Origin: Heptranchias perlo
Taxonomy: Eukaryota
Direction of reading: 5' to 3'
Length of the DNA stretch: 64,000 nucleotides
NCBI RefSeq assembly: GCF_035084215.1
Contig: NW_027139453.1
Span: 8,928,001-8,992,000 of the forward strand
Shown: piece after piece, positions 35,458-49,584 of the stretch
Position numbering within the stretch: the first letter of the stretch is position 1
Layout: the number at the start of each line of letters is the position of its first letter
Translations under genes and position numbers: made by a program
The notes under the pieces: model-generated
Databases searched by the model: none
What the model was told of the DNA's origin: nothing
Seen by the model: the letters and a program-made list of their open reading frames with translations, nothing else

Positions 35458-36020
35458 CGTGTGTGGGAAGGGATGCACTCAGTCATCACACGTGCTGAGA
35501 CAGCAGCGAGTTCAAAAGTGACTGCAGGGGTTGGATTCTGCTGATAATCCCATCCAGGACTGAACCATGTTCATTCTGACAGTTGGGATTTGTTTCTGCT
35601 GATATTAATAACCCTATAACTGGACTGGAGTTTAATATTCTGGATATCTGTTTAATAAATCAGCTTTGTTTTAAACACCTTGTTGTAGATTTTGGTCTTT
35701 CCCACCTGAGTGTTTAGCAACACCTGACTGGAGCTCAGAAAGCACAATCTGGGGGGAGGATCGTCCGGTGGGAACAGAACTTCAGCCTGGACACAGTCCT
35801 TTAGGGCCACACTGAGAGGGGCAAACGGCACTTCGGTCTTTCTGGTCTCTCTTCACTGACAGCAAAGTGGCCGTGCGGGATCCAGTCTAAAAATGACTGT
35901 GGTAATTATTGTATGAAGATTTCGCCTGTTTGTGTGACAGTCCTGAGTCTACCATTTAAGGCAGGCATTAACTCATTTAAAATAAACCCGCTTAAAATAA
36001 ATGGGTTATGAATTTTGATT
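35458..36020 (+). pseudogene. Remnant of a C2H2 ZNF gene 3' end and 3' flank
   Basis: Last finger plus flank closely similar to 56686-57100 and 57310-57435. Confidence 0.8.
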
Positions 36021-36419
36021 TCCGTGAAGCCAAAGTTCCATTCCTTTATAAGATTAATGTGCCTGCTCTCCGACCACAGGGTGAATGGTGGAATATCAGC
36101 CCTGCTCAGCCGGCAATGATCACGGTAGATTTTCTTGCAGACAAAACACACATTGAAGCCCTGGAACTTTGAGGCGATGAATCCTGAGGGAAAATAAAAT
36201 TAGGGCTCAAACCATCAAACTTTCGCGTTAACCGATAGCACCACGAGAAAGGTGAAGAATTTACCTACTAAACCAATAATTCACTCAGCTAAACTTTGAG
36301 GTTGCAGTGACCAATATAACAGTCGTCTACTGTCAGTCCAAAATGAATGGTTGAAGCTTGCAGGAATGAAAATCCAACGAGCCGGTCTTCACTCTTAAAT
36401 CAGCATCTGTGAAGTTAAA

Positions 36420-37000
36420 AGAAACGTGCCGGAGAAATGCTCGATTTCAGCGCGGTGACACTGGGCCAGAGTAAAGTTCAGTTAATCTGATTGCCCAGTG
36501 GCGAGAGGGTGGATTTGGAACTCCTGATCGATTGCACTGTGCATTTTCCAGATCTGCTTGGAGCACCAATCTCTTCAATTCATCACTTACAGGGACAATT
36601 CGATTCTCGGTTTCTTTTCCCCGATGCTTGGTGAAATTTTAAAATTTGAAAGCGACCAATATCAAAGCGAACGTCGTCACCGACATGCTCACAGATACAA
36701 AGCGGACACACTCTGCTTCAGTGAGATGAAAGCCCAGAGCGGTTTTAAGGTCGAATGCAATTGTAAGCAAAGCTCGTTCAATGAAAGTGCAGGTCATTGA
36801 GGTGCCTTTAAAGTCATGATTGTTTGAACTGAACTTCTTCCGAAGGTGCTTGAGATTCAGGTGGAGTGATTTGGGGACTTCTTTCCCCTCTTGGCAAAAG
36901 TTTGAACCGCAGGTCAAGATCAAAATCTTCGGTTAAATTCGGGCTTCTCCGGGCTATGACTCTCGAATCGAGAATAATACCCCGACCTCAACCAGCCCAG
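36420..37000 (-). repeat. Inverted paralog of 31950-32167 and 33594-33900, with a heavily decayed tRNA-Pro (~36930-36998)
   Basis: Reverse-complement matches such as aactgaactttactctggcccagtgtcaccgcgc and ttcatctcactgaagcaga. Confidence 0.7.
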
Positions 37001-37183
37001 AGACAAGAACGTGTCCTAACATTGACGTGTTACGGTCACATTACATGAGAGGTCTATCTGAAAAATGAAAGGACATTTTTGAAGAGACATTCTGATCAGT
37101 TCTGTGTTGGCTCCTGAACAAGGACAAACACCGTACTGCATGTTTTCGCATGTCAGATTCACTAAACACTATACGTTACATAA

Positions 37184-37258
37184 AGGCGCCACTGGGAGTT
37201 GAACCCAGGCTCTCCTGTTTAACTAGACAGGCGCATTAACCAACTAAGCCTCGGAGCC
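37184..37258 (-). pseudogene. tRNA-Thr(AGT) pseudogene with 8-nt anticodon loop
   Basis: GGCTCCGAGGCTTAGTTGGTTAATGCGCCTGTCTAGTTAAACAGGAGAGCCTGGGTTCAACTCCCAGTGGCGCCT. Confidence 0.8.
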
Positions 37259-37529
37259 AATTCCTGGTAGCGGTTTTCACCTCCTCTCATTAATATCGAT
37301 CAGCCACACGTCACATTCTGTTGGGGGTTCAGACTGTTCCATCTTTGTCCATTTCGCTTGCCCGTTTCCCTGTGAATCCCGATACTGCCTTCGTTTCAGG
37401 CTGTGTTTATCTGTGTGTGTCCATCAGTGCGTTGATACACGGATGGATATGTTTGCTTGTGTTTGTTTGTTACATTAAATAAATTAGAGGATCAGACAAT
37501 TCTTGCTCTGACACTGAAGAACTTGTTAA

Positions 37530-39510
37530 GCAAATTTCACAGCGAAGTGTTGTTTATCGTGGTGCTCAAATTTTAAAAAAATCTTAAGATGTGCAAAAAG
37601 GGAAAACGAGAAAAACTTGTGAAGGAAAATACGGACAACTCTCATGGTATTTACAGTATACAAAGAGAAAGAAGGGTGATTTGAGTAATGGGGGCCCTTG
37701 AAAGACGGACGGGGGCGATATTGTAATTGAAAATCAGGAAATGGCAGACTTGCTAAATACTCACAGAAAAGGATGAGGATAATATCCCAGAGACACGAGG
37801 AAAACTGAAAATAAATCAAGGGGATTCAGTGTAAGTAAAATAATACTAATGGAGAAAGTAATTGGACTAAAGATAAACAAATCTCCAGGACCTGATGGTT
37901 ACCATCCCAGGGGATTAAAAGGAATCGGTGAGGAAATTGCACATGCTTTAGTCATGATCGTTCAAAACTCTCTTGAATCAGGAATTAGTCCATGGATTAA
38001 AAAATTGGCAATGTCATTCTATTATTTAGGAAGGGGAGGAGAGATAAAGTAGAATATTACAGACCTATTATTCTGGCGTCTGTTGTGGGGAAGTTACCAG
38101 TATCTGTTATTAGGTAAAGAATGACTGAGCACTTGGATAAACATGAATTGATCCGAGAGAGCCAGCATGGATTTGTAAAGGTGAAGTCAAGTCCAACGAA
38201 ACTAGTTGAACTTTTTGAAGATATAATAACGTGGTAGATAATGGAGTGTCTCTGGGTGTTATATGTATATTGACTTCCAGAGGCATTCGATAACACAAAT
38301 GAGAGCACATGGAAATTAAAGCAACCCATTGACATGGGTAGGGAGTTGGTTGAGAGGTAGGAGACAGAGAGTAGGGATAATGCATTTGCGCTCAAATTGA
38401 CAGGATGTGATTAGTGGTGTCCCCCAGGGATCTGTACCGGGGCATCAGCTTTTTACTATATGCATAAATGACGTAGATGAATGAATGAGAGCCGTATATC
38501 CAAGTTTGTCGACGACACCAAGTTAGGTGGCACAGTGATTAGTGCAGGTCGGAGCATAAAGTTATAAGAGAAATTGATAGATGAAGTGAGTTGGTAAAAC
38601 TGTGGCAGATGGAGCTTACATAGAATTACATAGAATGTACATCTCAGGAACAGACAATTCGGCCCAACTAGACTATGCCGGTGTTTATGCTGCAGACGAA
38701 CCTCCTCCAACCACTCTTCATCTAACCTTATGAGCAAACCCTTATATACCTTTCTCCTCCATGTGTTTATCTCGCTTCCCCGTAAACGCATCCATGCTAT
38801 TCGTCTTAACTACTTCTTGAGGTAGCGAGATGCATATTCTAACGAGTCTCTGGGTAAATATGGTTCTCTTGAATTCCATATTGGATTAATTAGTGACAAT
38901 CTTGTATTTATGACCCCAAGTTTTGGAATCCTCACCACCAAAAAGTTCAATCACCTTATCTACATCTGGCCGAACAAAACCTTTGCATAATCTCGAAGTC
39001 CTATATCAAATGAACCCTCAGCCTTCTCTTTCCTACGGAAAAGAGCCCCAGTCTGTTCAATCTTTCAATATGGGGAAGTATGAATTTTGGACCTAAGCAA
39101 GATAGGTTAGATATTTTCTAACGGGTGAGAAGCTAGGAACTGTGGAGGAGGAAAGATGTTTACGGGTCCAAGTGCAGAAATCACGAAAAGTCAGTGGAAT
39201 TTACAAATATAACCCAAAACGCTAATGGAACTTTGGCCTTTATCTTAAGGGAGCTGGAATTCAAAGGGGTGTTAGTTATGTTACAGTTATATAAACTCTA
39301 CTGAGACCACATTTAGACTCCAGCACTCAGTTCTGAGCACCACACCTCAAGAAGGATATATTGGCCTTGGAGGGGGTGCAGCGCAGATTCACCAGAATGA
39401 TACCGGGGCTAAAATAGTTAAGCTATGCGGACAGGTTGCACAGACAAGGTTTTTATTTCCTTGTGTATAGAAGATTAAGTAATGATGTAATCGAGTTGTT
39501 GAAGGTGATT
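37530..39510 (+). mobile_element. Decayed CR1 ORF2 with nested reverse CR1 3' end (~38620-39070)
   Basis: KSPGPDG, GVPQG, DDTK remnants. Confidence 0.85.
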
Positions 39511-40494
39511 AAATGAGCCAATGATGCGTGTGGGAGCTGTGAAACAGCTTGAAATACCAATCCTCTCCATCACTGGGGACTGAGTCTTCCAACATACAGG
39601 GATTTTCACTCGTGCAAGTTTCATCCACATTTTCTGCTCTTCATTTCCGCGACTTGCTTGTTGCGCCTTTCCCTTCAATTCAGGATTTACAGGAAGAACT
39701 CGATTCTGCCTTAAATCTTCGGGTCACGTGGTGAGATTTCAAATAATTGAAATCGACCCTTATCAACCCCAATATCGTCACCTGCACGTTTGACGAATGC
39801 AAAGCGGCTTCTATCGCGGTTTGTTGCACAACTCGTTCAAAGATACTGTCTGTAATTGGAGAGTCCTTCAAGTCATGACACGAACAGAACAGTTCGCACT
39901 GCCGTTTTCCCCAAGACGCTTCAGATTCATGTGGAATGATTTCGGTCTGGCGGTTAAATCCGTTCCTTCTTCACAAATCCGCCTTTGACCCCGGGACTTT
40001 TAGAAATTACCGACACCAAACTGGTTTGTCCTGTATTTTACATTACTTTCTAAATATTACAGATAAGCAGAGCACTTGAGCTGTCACAGCTGTGACTTTG
40101 ACTTTTCATCCTCTCCTCTAGATCTCACTGGCAACTGCCACGAAACACAATCTTCTGTCACACTTCTCCATCAGAAAGTTCAGGGTCTCGGTTTACAAAT
40201 GAAATAACGCCCATCTCTTTAATCAACGACAGCCCAGAGAGAGTTTCTTCGTTTCAGCTCCCAATTTCCCCAAATCCTCAAAGTAAAATGAAAATAATTG
40301 TCCTTAAGTTAATAATAATAATATAATTAAAAGTTCTTATCGTCTTGGGTTTTTTTTCAGATGCCACTGCTTTTAATGTTCACTGCGGATGTTTAACGAA
40401 TCTCCTCTTGGTTGGAGGATTTTGTGTGGGAAAGATCAGGAAGCGATAATTGAGAGACCGAGGATGAAGCTGTTTGATGGGAGCACTGGTGAAA

Positions 40495-40587
40495 CAGACC
40501 GTGGAGCAATCGGTCAGCGCGCGTTACTTCAACAAGTTATACGCTCGAGAAATGCCGAGGTTGTGAGTTTCAACCTCACCTGAAGTA
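40495..40587 (+). pseudogene. tRNA-Ile(TAT) intron-containing pseudogene
   Basis: gtggagcaatcggtcagcgcgcg..[intron]..atgccgaggttgtgagtt..cctcacctg; acceptor stem broken. Confidence 0.75.
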
Positions 40588-41232
40588 GTTGAACCTTCTA
40601 AACATTTTTACCGGAGTTCAAGGTACAACTGGTTCCATAACGCATCGACTTCTTCCTTTCCCTATGTGGGCACTGAGGCTCCTCTGGCCTCTCGTCCAGC
40701 AATAGCAGGTGAGAGTTCATTTGTTGAGAAGAGGAGAGGGAACAATTGGCGATCGCTGAAATGGTAAAGGGGCCGGCACGACATCTTTAAATCCAAAGAA
40801 AAAAAACACAATTCTTCTTTCCGTGAAGCAGCTATTCATCTGTTTGAAGTGTCCTGTAGGGAAAATTCGGGAGGCAAATCTGCTGCCTGGTGTCACAGTG
40901 TAAAATTATTCAGCTTTCAATTGTTGATCGGCTGAAAGGTCGAGAGGCCTTTTCCAGCTCGCGTGTGGGACAAGTTTAGCTTTTGAGCCATTGGGTAAAG
41001 TGTTTTTATTATTGCTGCTGACGAATGACAAGACATTTTGTACAACAAGAAGAGTTGTAATCTCACGAGTTCGCTGTCCATTTTTCTGACATCATGTTCA
41101 AAAGAAACAAGGATTCTGCTCAACACGATGCTGAAAATTGAATAAAACGGATACTCCTCCGAATTCGACATCGACAGGGATAATTCAGAGTCCGACCATG
41201 AGTCTTTATGATGGAAACTAACCCGACAACGA

Positions 41233-41290
41233 GCCTGGATAGCTCAGTCGGTGGAGCATCAGACTTTTAAAACAAGGTAGTGATCTGAGG
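41233..41290 (+). pseudogene. tRNA-Lys(TTT) 5' part with 13-nt insert at position 37/38; 3' arm lost
   Basis: GCCTGGATAGCTCAGTCGGTGGAGCATCAGACTTTTA-[41270-41282]-ATCTGAGG. Confidence 0.75.
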
Positions 41291-41339
41291 CGCAAAGTTT
41301 TAAAACAGTTGGAAAGTTCTGCTTTTCCAGCGGACCAAC

Positions 41340-44300
41340 ATGAGCGAAAGGAGCAAGAGTTGGCCAGACAGTAACTCGAGCCTGCTCCGCCATTTGATTA
41401 CGTCATCGCTGATCATCGACCTCCACTCCACTTTTCCGACTGATCCCCATATCCCTTGAGTTCCTCAGTGTCCAAAAATCTCTCTGTCTATCTCAGTTTT
41501 GAATCTATTCAATGGCTTAGCATCCACAGCCCTCTGGGGTAGAGAAGTCCAATGGTTCACAACCCTCTCAGTGAAGAAATTATTGCTCACCTCTGTACTA
41601 AATGGTCGGCCCCTTTTCTTGAGATTATAACCAATAGTTCTAGACTCTCCACAAGGGGAAACAGCATCCCAGCATCTACCGTGTCAAGCCCTCTAATAAT
41701 TTTATATGTTTCAATGAGATCACCTCATTGTTTTAAACTGCAGAAAATATAAGCCGATTCTACTCAATCTCTCCTCAGAGGACAACCCTCTTATCCCAGG
41801 AATCAATCTAGTGAACCTTTATTGCACCCACTCTGATGCAAGTGTATCATTCCGCAGGGAAGGAGATCAAAACTGTACACAATATTCCAGATGCGGTCTC
41901 ACCAAAGCCCTATATAATTACAGCAAGGCTTCCTTATCTTTGTATTACAAACACCTCGCAATAAAATCCAACATACCATTTGCTTTCCTAATTACTTGCT
42001 GCACCTGCATGTTAACTTCCTGTGATCCGTGTCCAAGCACACACAAATCCCTTTGAATACCAACATTTCTTAACCTCTAAGCTTTTAAAAGATATTCTAC
42101 TTTTCTATTCTTCCTGCCAAAGTGAACAACCTCACATTTCCCCACTTCATACTTAATTTGCTAACTTCTAGCCCGCTCGCTTAACCTGTCTATATCACTT
42201 TGCATCCTCTTTGCGTCCTCCTCACAGATTACTCTCCCACCTAGCTTTGTATCATCAGAAAACTTGGAAATATTACAACTCGGTCCCCTCATCTAAGTCA
42301 TTAATATAGATTGTAAATAGCTGAGGCCCAAGCACTGATCTTCACGGCACCCAACTAGTTACAACCTGCCAACCCGAAAATGATCTCTTTATTCCGACTT
42401 TCTGTTTTCTGCACGTCAACAAATCCCCAATCCATATTAATATATTCCCACAATCCCATGAGCCCTAATCTTGCATAACATCCTTTTGTGTGGCACCTTA
42501 TCGAATGTCTTTTGAAAATCCAAATATCCTATATCCACTGGTTCTCCCTTTTCTGCCATAGAAACATAGAAAATAGGAGCAAGAGTAGCCCATTCGGCTC
42601 TTCAGGCCTGCTCGCCATTCAAAATGATCATGGCTTCTCGTCTAACTCAGTAACCTGTTCCCGCTTTTCCCCCATATCCCTTGATCTCTTCAGCATTAAG
42701 AAATATATCTATCTCCTTCTTGAATACGCCTAATGACTTGGCCTCCACTGCCTTCTGTGGTAGAGAATTCCACAGGTTCACCACCCTCTGAGTGAAGAAA
42801 TTTCTCCCAATCTCGGTTCAAAATGGCATATCCCGTATCCTCAGACTGTGACCCCTGGTTCTGGAGTCCCCATCCACCGGGAACATCCTCCCTGTATCTA
42901 GTCTGTCTAGTCCTGTTAAAATTTTATATATTTCGATGAGATCACCTCTCATTCTTCTAAATTCTCGTGAATATAAGCATGGTCGACCCAATCTCTCCTC
43001 ATACTTCAGTCCTGCCATCCCAGGGATCAGTCTGGTAAAACTTCGTTGCACTCCAGATGTGGTCTCACCAAGGCCAATTATAACTGCAGTAAGACATCCC
43101 TGCTCCTGTAGTGAAATCCTCTTGAATAGAACGCCAACATACCATTCGCCTTTCTAACTGCTTGCTGCACCTGAATGCTCGCTTTCAGCGACTGGTGTAC
43201 AAGGACACCCAGGTCTCGTTGCACCTCCCCTTTTCCCAATCTATCACCATTCAGATAATAATCTGTCTTTCTGTTTTTACAACCAAAGTGGATAACTTCA
43301 CATTTATCCAGGTTAAACTGCATCTGCCATGTTCTTGCCCACTCACCCAACTTGTCTGAATCACATTGGAGCCTATTTACATCCTCCTCACAGCTCACAT
43401 TCCACCCCAGCTTTGTGTCGTCTGCAAACTTGGAAATGTTACATTTAGTTCCCTCATCCAAATCATTGATATATATTGTGAATAGTTGGGGCCCAAGCAC
43501 TGATCTCTGCGGTACCCCACTAGTCATTGCCTGCCACCCGGAAAAAGACTCGTTTATTCCGACTCTCTGTTTCCTACCAATTCTCAATTCATTCCAGTAT
43601 ATTCCCCCCAATCCCATGTGCGTCAATTTTGCACACTAACCTCTTGTGTGGGACCTTATCAAAAGCCTTCTGATAATCCAAATACATCATATCCACTGGT
43701 TGTCCCCTATCTATTCTACTAGTTACCTCCTCAAAAAACTCCAGTAGATTTGTTAAGCATGAGATCACCTCATTGTTGTCAACTGCTGAGAATATAGGCC
43801 CATTCCACTGAATCACTCCTCACAAGACAACCCTCTCATCCCAGGAATCAATCCAGTGAAACTTTGTTGCACCCACTCGAAGGCAAGTGAATCGATCCGC
43901 AGGTCAGGAGATCAAAACTGTACGCAGTACTGCAGATGCGGTCTCGCCAAAGCCCTATATAATTACAGCAAGGCTTCCTTATCTTTATAATCTAACCACC
44001 TCGCCATAAAAGCTAACATACCATTTGCTTTCCTAATTGCTTGCTGCACCTGCATGTTAATTGTCTATGAACCGTGTCCATGCACACACAAATCCCACTG
44101 AATACCAACATCTCTTCATCTCTCACCATTTAAAAGATATTCTGCTTTTCTATTCTTCCTACCAAAGTGAATAAACTCACATTTCCCCACTTTATACTTA
44201 ATTTGCCAACTTCTAGCCCACTCGCTTAACCTGTCTATATCTCTTAGCATCCTCTTTGCGTCCTCCTCACAGCTTAATTTCCCACCTAGTTTTGTATCTT

Positions 44301-46085
44301 CAGCAAACTTGGATACATTACACTCGGTCCCCTCATCGAAGTCATTCATATAGATTGTAAATAGCTGAGGCCCAAGCAATGATCTTCATGGCACCCCATT
44401 AGTTACAACCTGCTAACCCGAAAATGACCTCTTTATTTCGACTTTATGTTTTCTGTACGTCAACAAATCCCCAAACCATTTCATAAACCCATGCTGACTT
44501 TGTCCAATCCCGTTAATGCCTTCCAAGTGTTCTGATATCACATCCTTTATAATAGACTCTAGTATTTTCCCCACTACTGTTGTTAGGCTAACTGATCGGT
44601 AATTCCTTGTTTTTTCTCTCCCTCCTTTTTTAAATTGTGGGGTTACATTTGCCACCCCCTAATCTGTAGGAACTGTTCCATTATTTCCAAGGCCACTTCC
44701 TTTCGTACTCAGGGATGTAGATTATCAGGCCCAGGGGATTTATCAGCTTTTAGCCCCATTAATTTCCCGAGCACTATTTTTTTTTACTAATCCTGATTTC
44801 CTTCAGTTTTTCCCTCTCACTAGAACTTTGGTACCCTATCATTTCCGGGAGGTTATTTGTGTCCTCCTTTGTGAAGCCAGAACCAAAGTACCTGCTATCT
44901 ACACTCTCAAAACCTCTAATAGAGTTGTCATACACGATTCCCCTTTCATAAAACCGTGTTGCATGTGCCTAAGCCTATTATGATTTTCTAAATGCCATCT
45001 TACCATGTCCCTAGTAATAAATTCTCGCAATTTCCCTACTACTATTTTCATGCTAAATGGCCTGTAGTGCCCTGTTTTCTCTCTCCATCTTTTCTTGAAT
45101 AGCGTGATTACATTTGATACCTTCCAATCCATAGGGACCTTTTTAGAATCATGGGAACTCTGGAAGATAAAACCAATGCATCCACTTTCTCTGCAGCCAA
45201 CTCTTTTCAACCCCGAGGATGTAGGCCATCAGGGCCAATGAATTTGTCAGCGTTTTGTCCCATTAATTTCTCCGGTACATTTTCATTACTAATCTTAGTT
45301 GCTTTAGGTTCCTCACTCTCATTAGAACCTTGGTTCCCCAATAATTCTGGTGTGATTTTTGTGTCTTCTACCATGACGACAAAAACAAAATACTTGTTTA
45401 ACGTCTCTGCCATTTCGTTATTCTCCATTATTAATTCTCCTGTCTCTGCCTCCAAGGGACCCGTGTTTACTTTCGGTAATCACTTCCTTTATACATACTT
45501 GGAGAAGCTCTTACAATCCATTTTTATAGTTCTTGCTGGTTTACCCTCATTCTATTTTCTCCCATTTTATCAATGTCTTGGTCATCCTTTGCTGATTTCC
45601 AAAGCCCTCCTAATCCTCAGGCTTACTACTCTTCTTGGCAACATTTAAGCCTCTTTTAACCTAATACTATCATTAATTTCTCCAGTTAAGCGAGGTTGCA
45701 CCACTTTTCCGGTGGAGATTTAGTTCTCAAACGAATGTAATTTTGTTGAGGAATAATGAATTAATTCTTTAAATGTTCGCCATTGCTTATCTACCATCAT
45801 CATTTTAATCTAATTTCCCAAACTACCTTAGCAAACTCACCTCTCATAATAACGTTATTGGTTTTGTTTAAATTTAGGACCCTCATATTGGACTTAACGA
45901 CATCACTCTCAAACTCAATATGAAATTCGATCATATTATGATCATTCTTCCCCAGAGGATCATTTACCATAAGATTACTAATTAATCCTGTCTCATTGCA
46001 CAACACTCGATCTAAAATAGCCTGTTCCCTTGTTGGTTCCTCTACATATTGATCTAGAAAACTGGCTCGAATGCATTCCATCAAC
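41340..46085 (-). mobile_element. Cluster of nested CR1 LINE fragments
   Basis: GVPQRSVLGPQLFTIYINDL, FADDTKL, NYRSVSLT, QHGF, LTNLLEFFE. Confidence 0.92.
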
Positions 46086-46129
46086 ATAAAACAGCTTATC
46101 TTGAGTTGCTAACATGGTGGCAGCACGGT

Positions 46130-47920
46130 GGGTTAAATTATGACTAGAAGACATGGCCAGATCTGCCGGGTGAATTAGATGTTTGCTGCAAACACGGAGA
46201 ATTATTGAAACCAAGCATTCCCTGCAGAGCATGGAGTTGGAAAGAAAGACGCTGGGCGTTGAGAGGCGAATGAATTTATAGCTAGCAGTATGACTAGATA
46301 AAAGGATCTCAACTCCCTGCTTCTTTTCTATACTGATACATATAGACAAAAATCTCATCTCCGTTCTTCTTTCAGATAATGAATGTCTTAATGCTCAAGA
46401 GATCACTGATCCAAGCCAGTTATCTCCACTCGCACTCTCCATCCAATCCTGCACAGGTTGCTTAGCTTTGAAATTGTGCATTTTTCACACTGGGATTCAA
46501 TTTGAAGAAAGCGATGCTGTGATCAGCTGGTGTTGTTCAGGAAATGGAGTACCAAAAGATACATAAAAGGCCAATGATAACAGTGACTGTTCGGACACTG
46601 TGAGCTACAGTTAAAAGTCGGGAACATTTAAAGTGTCAGGCAGCAGATCTTTTCCAAATCATGACAGAAATGGCAAGAAAACGTCATTCATACTTTGATG
46701 AGCGGCACTACTTTCGAACAGGAGGCATTTTACAGAAGGCAAGAAAGTGCATTGTGTATCGCTCTTATGGGTTGTAAAATTGAAGAATGATGGGATGCTG
46801 GCTGTTCAGGCAGGAGAGGTGAAATTACTCATGCTGATCAGGAGCGAGCTTTGATCTCAGTCGGGGGAATTTGGTTGGTGGTATTTTGAACAACACCAGG
46901 AAAGTCAAGTTTTCTGATCGGGAATCAAACATGGTGCCGCGGCGGCGAGAGCGCCGAATCCTCAGCACTGGACCACCAGCGAATCTGCTGCAATTTTCAT
47001 TCAAGCTAACAGACCAACGCTGCCTTTCCGACTTGTCCCTTTGAAACTCACGTCACTTTCGCCCCAGACAAATTGCTCGCACAAAATGGAATTTACTGTG
47101 AGAACATGAAAGACTTGTTCTGACAACGACAGCACCAAGTGCGGGTCGGCAGGTACATGAAATGGACAGTGAGGAGAAATATTACCACAAGCTGCTGGTG
47201 TAACTGTTTCCATTTTCAAAACGCACGCACCGAATCAGTGCAGCTCCTGGGAAAGGTGCAAGGCACAGCAGGGCTGTCATGTCTTACTTGAAGCAATTGA
47301 CACAAACAAGATTCTGCCACCACGTGTCACCTCCTTCTGTTTCTGTCACTACTTTATCTCCAGCTTCCTCTGCTTCTAGAGATGCCGGTGAAATAGATGT
47401 TCAAAGCAAATACTGAGATTTAACGAGAAAAAATACCTTAACTGGAAAGCCGGAGAGGGGAAGAATGATGCTGCGCATTGAGAGGCAATAGATTTTGCAG
47501 ATACCAGGATAAATAGACACAACGACCTCATCTCCCTGCTTCTTCGGATACTGAATATCTTAATGTTCAAGAGATGTTCTCACTGCCCCAGGCTCATTAT
47601 CTCCAGTCGCATCTCCTTCCAATCTTGCATATGATACTTCGCTCTGAAATTGTCCATTTTTTCACACTGGGATTCCATTTGAAGAAAACATTGCTGTGAT
47701 CATCTAGTGTTGTTCAGGAGATGGAGCACAAGAAGACACATAAAAGGCCAATGATACCAGTTACAGTTCAGACACTTTGAGCTACAGTTAAAGGTCGGCA
47801 ACATTTAAAGTGTCAGGTAGTAGATCTTTTCCAAATCTTGACAGAAATGGCAAGAAAATGTAACGCGGACTTTGATCAATGTGACGACTTTCAAATAGCA
47901 GACATTTTATACAAGGCAAT
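46130..47920. repeat. ~550-600 bp direct duplication (46130-46750 vs 47380-47920)
   Basis: Shared blocks ttttcacactgggattc, cataaaaggccaatgata, agatcttttccaaatc.tgacagaaatggcaagaaaa. Confidence 0.75.
46910..46982 (-). pseudogene. tRNA-Glu(CTC) pseudogene
   Basis: TCGCTGGTGGTCCAGTGCTGAGGATTCGGCGCTCTCGCCGCCGCGGC..TTTGATTCCCGATCAG. Confidence 0.8.
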
Positions 47921-47924
47921 AATG

Positions 47925-48400
47925 TTTTACAAGGATGTTGCCTGGACTGTAGAATTTTAGCTAAGAGGAAAGATTGGATAGGCTGGAGTTGTTTTCTTTG
48001 GAACAGATGAGACTGAAGGCGCATTTAATTGAGGTGAACAAAATTATGAGGGGCCTAGATAGTGTGGATTGGAAGGACCCATTTCCCTCAGCAGAGAGGT
48101 TAATAACCGGGGGCATAGATTTAAAGTGATTGATCGAAGGATTATTGGGGAACTGAGGAGAAATTCTTTCGCCCAAGGGTTGTGGGGGTCTGGAACTCAC
48201 TGCCTGAAAAAGTGCTAGAGGCGGACACCCTCATCGCATTTAAAGAGTATGTGGGTATGTACTTGAAGTGCCGTAAACTATAAGGCTACAGACCAAGAGC
48301 TTGAAAGTGGAATCAAGCTGGATAGCTCTTTTTCGGCAGGCAGAGACACGATGGGCCGAACGGTCTCTTTTTGTGCCGTAAATTTATTTGATTCTCTGAT
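47925..48400 (+). mobile_element. CR1 3' fragment
   Basis: Tail gatgggccgaacggtctc. Confidence 0.8.
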
Positions 48401-49584
48401 TCTAATTAAGAGTAAGCAGGGTAGTTGATGGGTCATAAGAACGCTACTGAAGAAAAATAACTGCTGGGAACCAAGCAATGTGTCATTATAAACCACAAAC
48501 TCGAGAAGTTCCAGCTCCAGTGACAGAGATGGATCACTACAGTGTATAAAATTGACGGGATACTGATGTAAGGGGCAGTCAGGACTGGAGACACCGGAGA
48601 TCAAGCTCAGGGTGCCTGAGGTTCCATCCAGCAGGATAATCTCGTGTACCCGGGAGGCTTCCATTTTTACTGTGGTACAATGGAGGAAAAAGAATTTGCT
48701 CATATATTTCATGATAAGGTATTGAAGTTGCTGACTCTCAGACTTGTTAATTAATAAGACAATGCATTATTTAGAACCTTCCCTGTCTCCCTGCTCCTCT
48801 ACTTTTAAACTTTGACCATTTAGTGTACATTTCATCTCATTTTTCTTCCTCTCAAAATGTACACGTCACATTTCTCTGCATTACGCTTCACTTGCCTGTT
48901 TACGTACCTGTGGACGTCACAATGATGTCAGTTACACTCCTCTTCACAGTTCCCCACGCTGCCAATTTTGGCGTCATCTAGAGATTTTCACCTTGTGTCC
49001 CACATACCCAAGCTCAGATCATTCTCTATATTGAGAAGTGCAATCGTCCCAACACTGACCCTGGGGGACACCACTGTTTGCATCTCTCCAGTCTGAAGAA
49101 CATCCATTAACCACTTCTCTCTGTTTTCTGCCCTTCACTCAACTTCCTATCCACACTGCCCCATTCATTTTAATAACGTGGGTATTAATTTTAACAAAAG
49201 GCCTCCTGTCCGGCATCTTATCAAACACCTTTTCACAATGCATCCACACAACATTCACTACGTTCCCTTAATCAGTGGACTTCAGTTGACTCAAATAATC
49301 CATGTTGTCTGTTCTTAATTAATGTGTTTTTCTAACAAATGTTGAAATGTTTGCTCCACCTCATCTGATTTCATCTGTTTCAAGCCACAACAGAAAGGTC
49401 GAGTTTTCTCCTGGAGCTTAAGATAAATTATTTTTAAAAAATGATGCGTCAAGCAATGACGGACATCTGGGCTTTGTCCTGCCCATTCGGTGCCCCAACT
49501 TCCGCCACCTCACACACTCCGATTGGTTGGAGGACCAACACAAACTTCACCCGCTCACCCCTCCAGTCAATTTACCTTAAGACC

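Noticed and set aside
37184-37258. Quadruplet (frameshift-suppressor) tRNA-Thr from the 8-nt loop
   Set aside because: U8 and other conserved positions are also mutated, indicating a pseudogene
40495-40587. TCA anticodon suggesting a Sec or opal-suppressor tRNA
   Set aside because: Body is Ile-TAT-derived with a broken acceptor stem; decay is more likely
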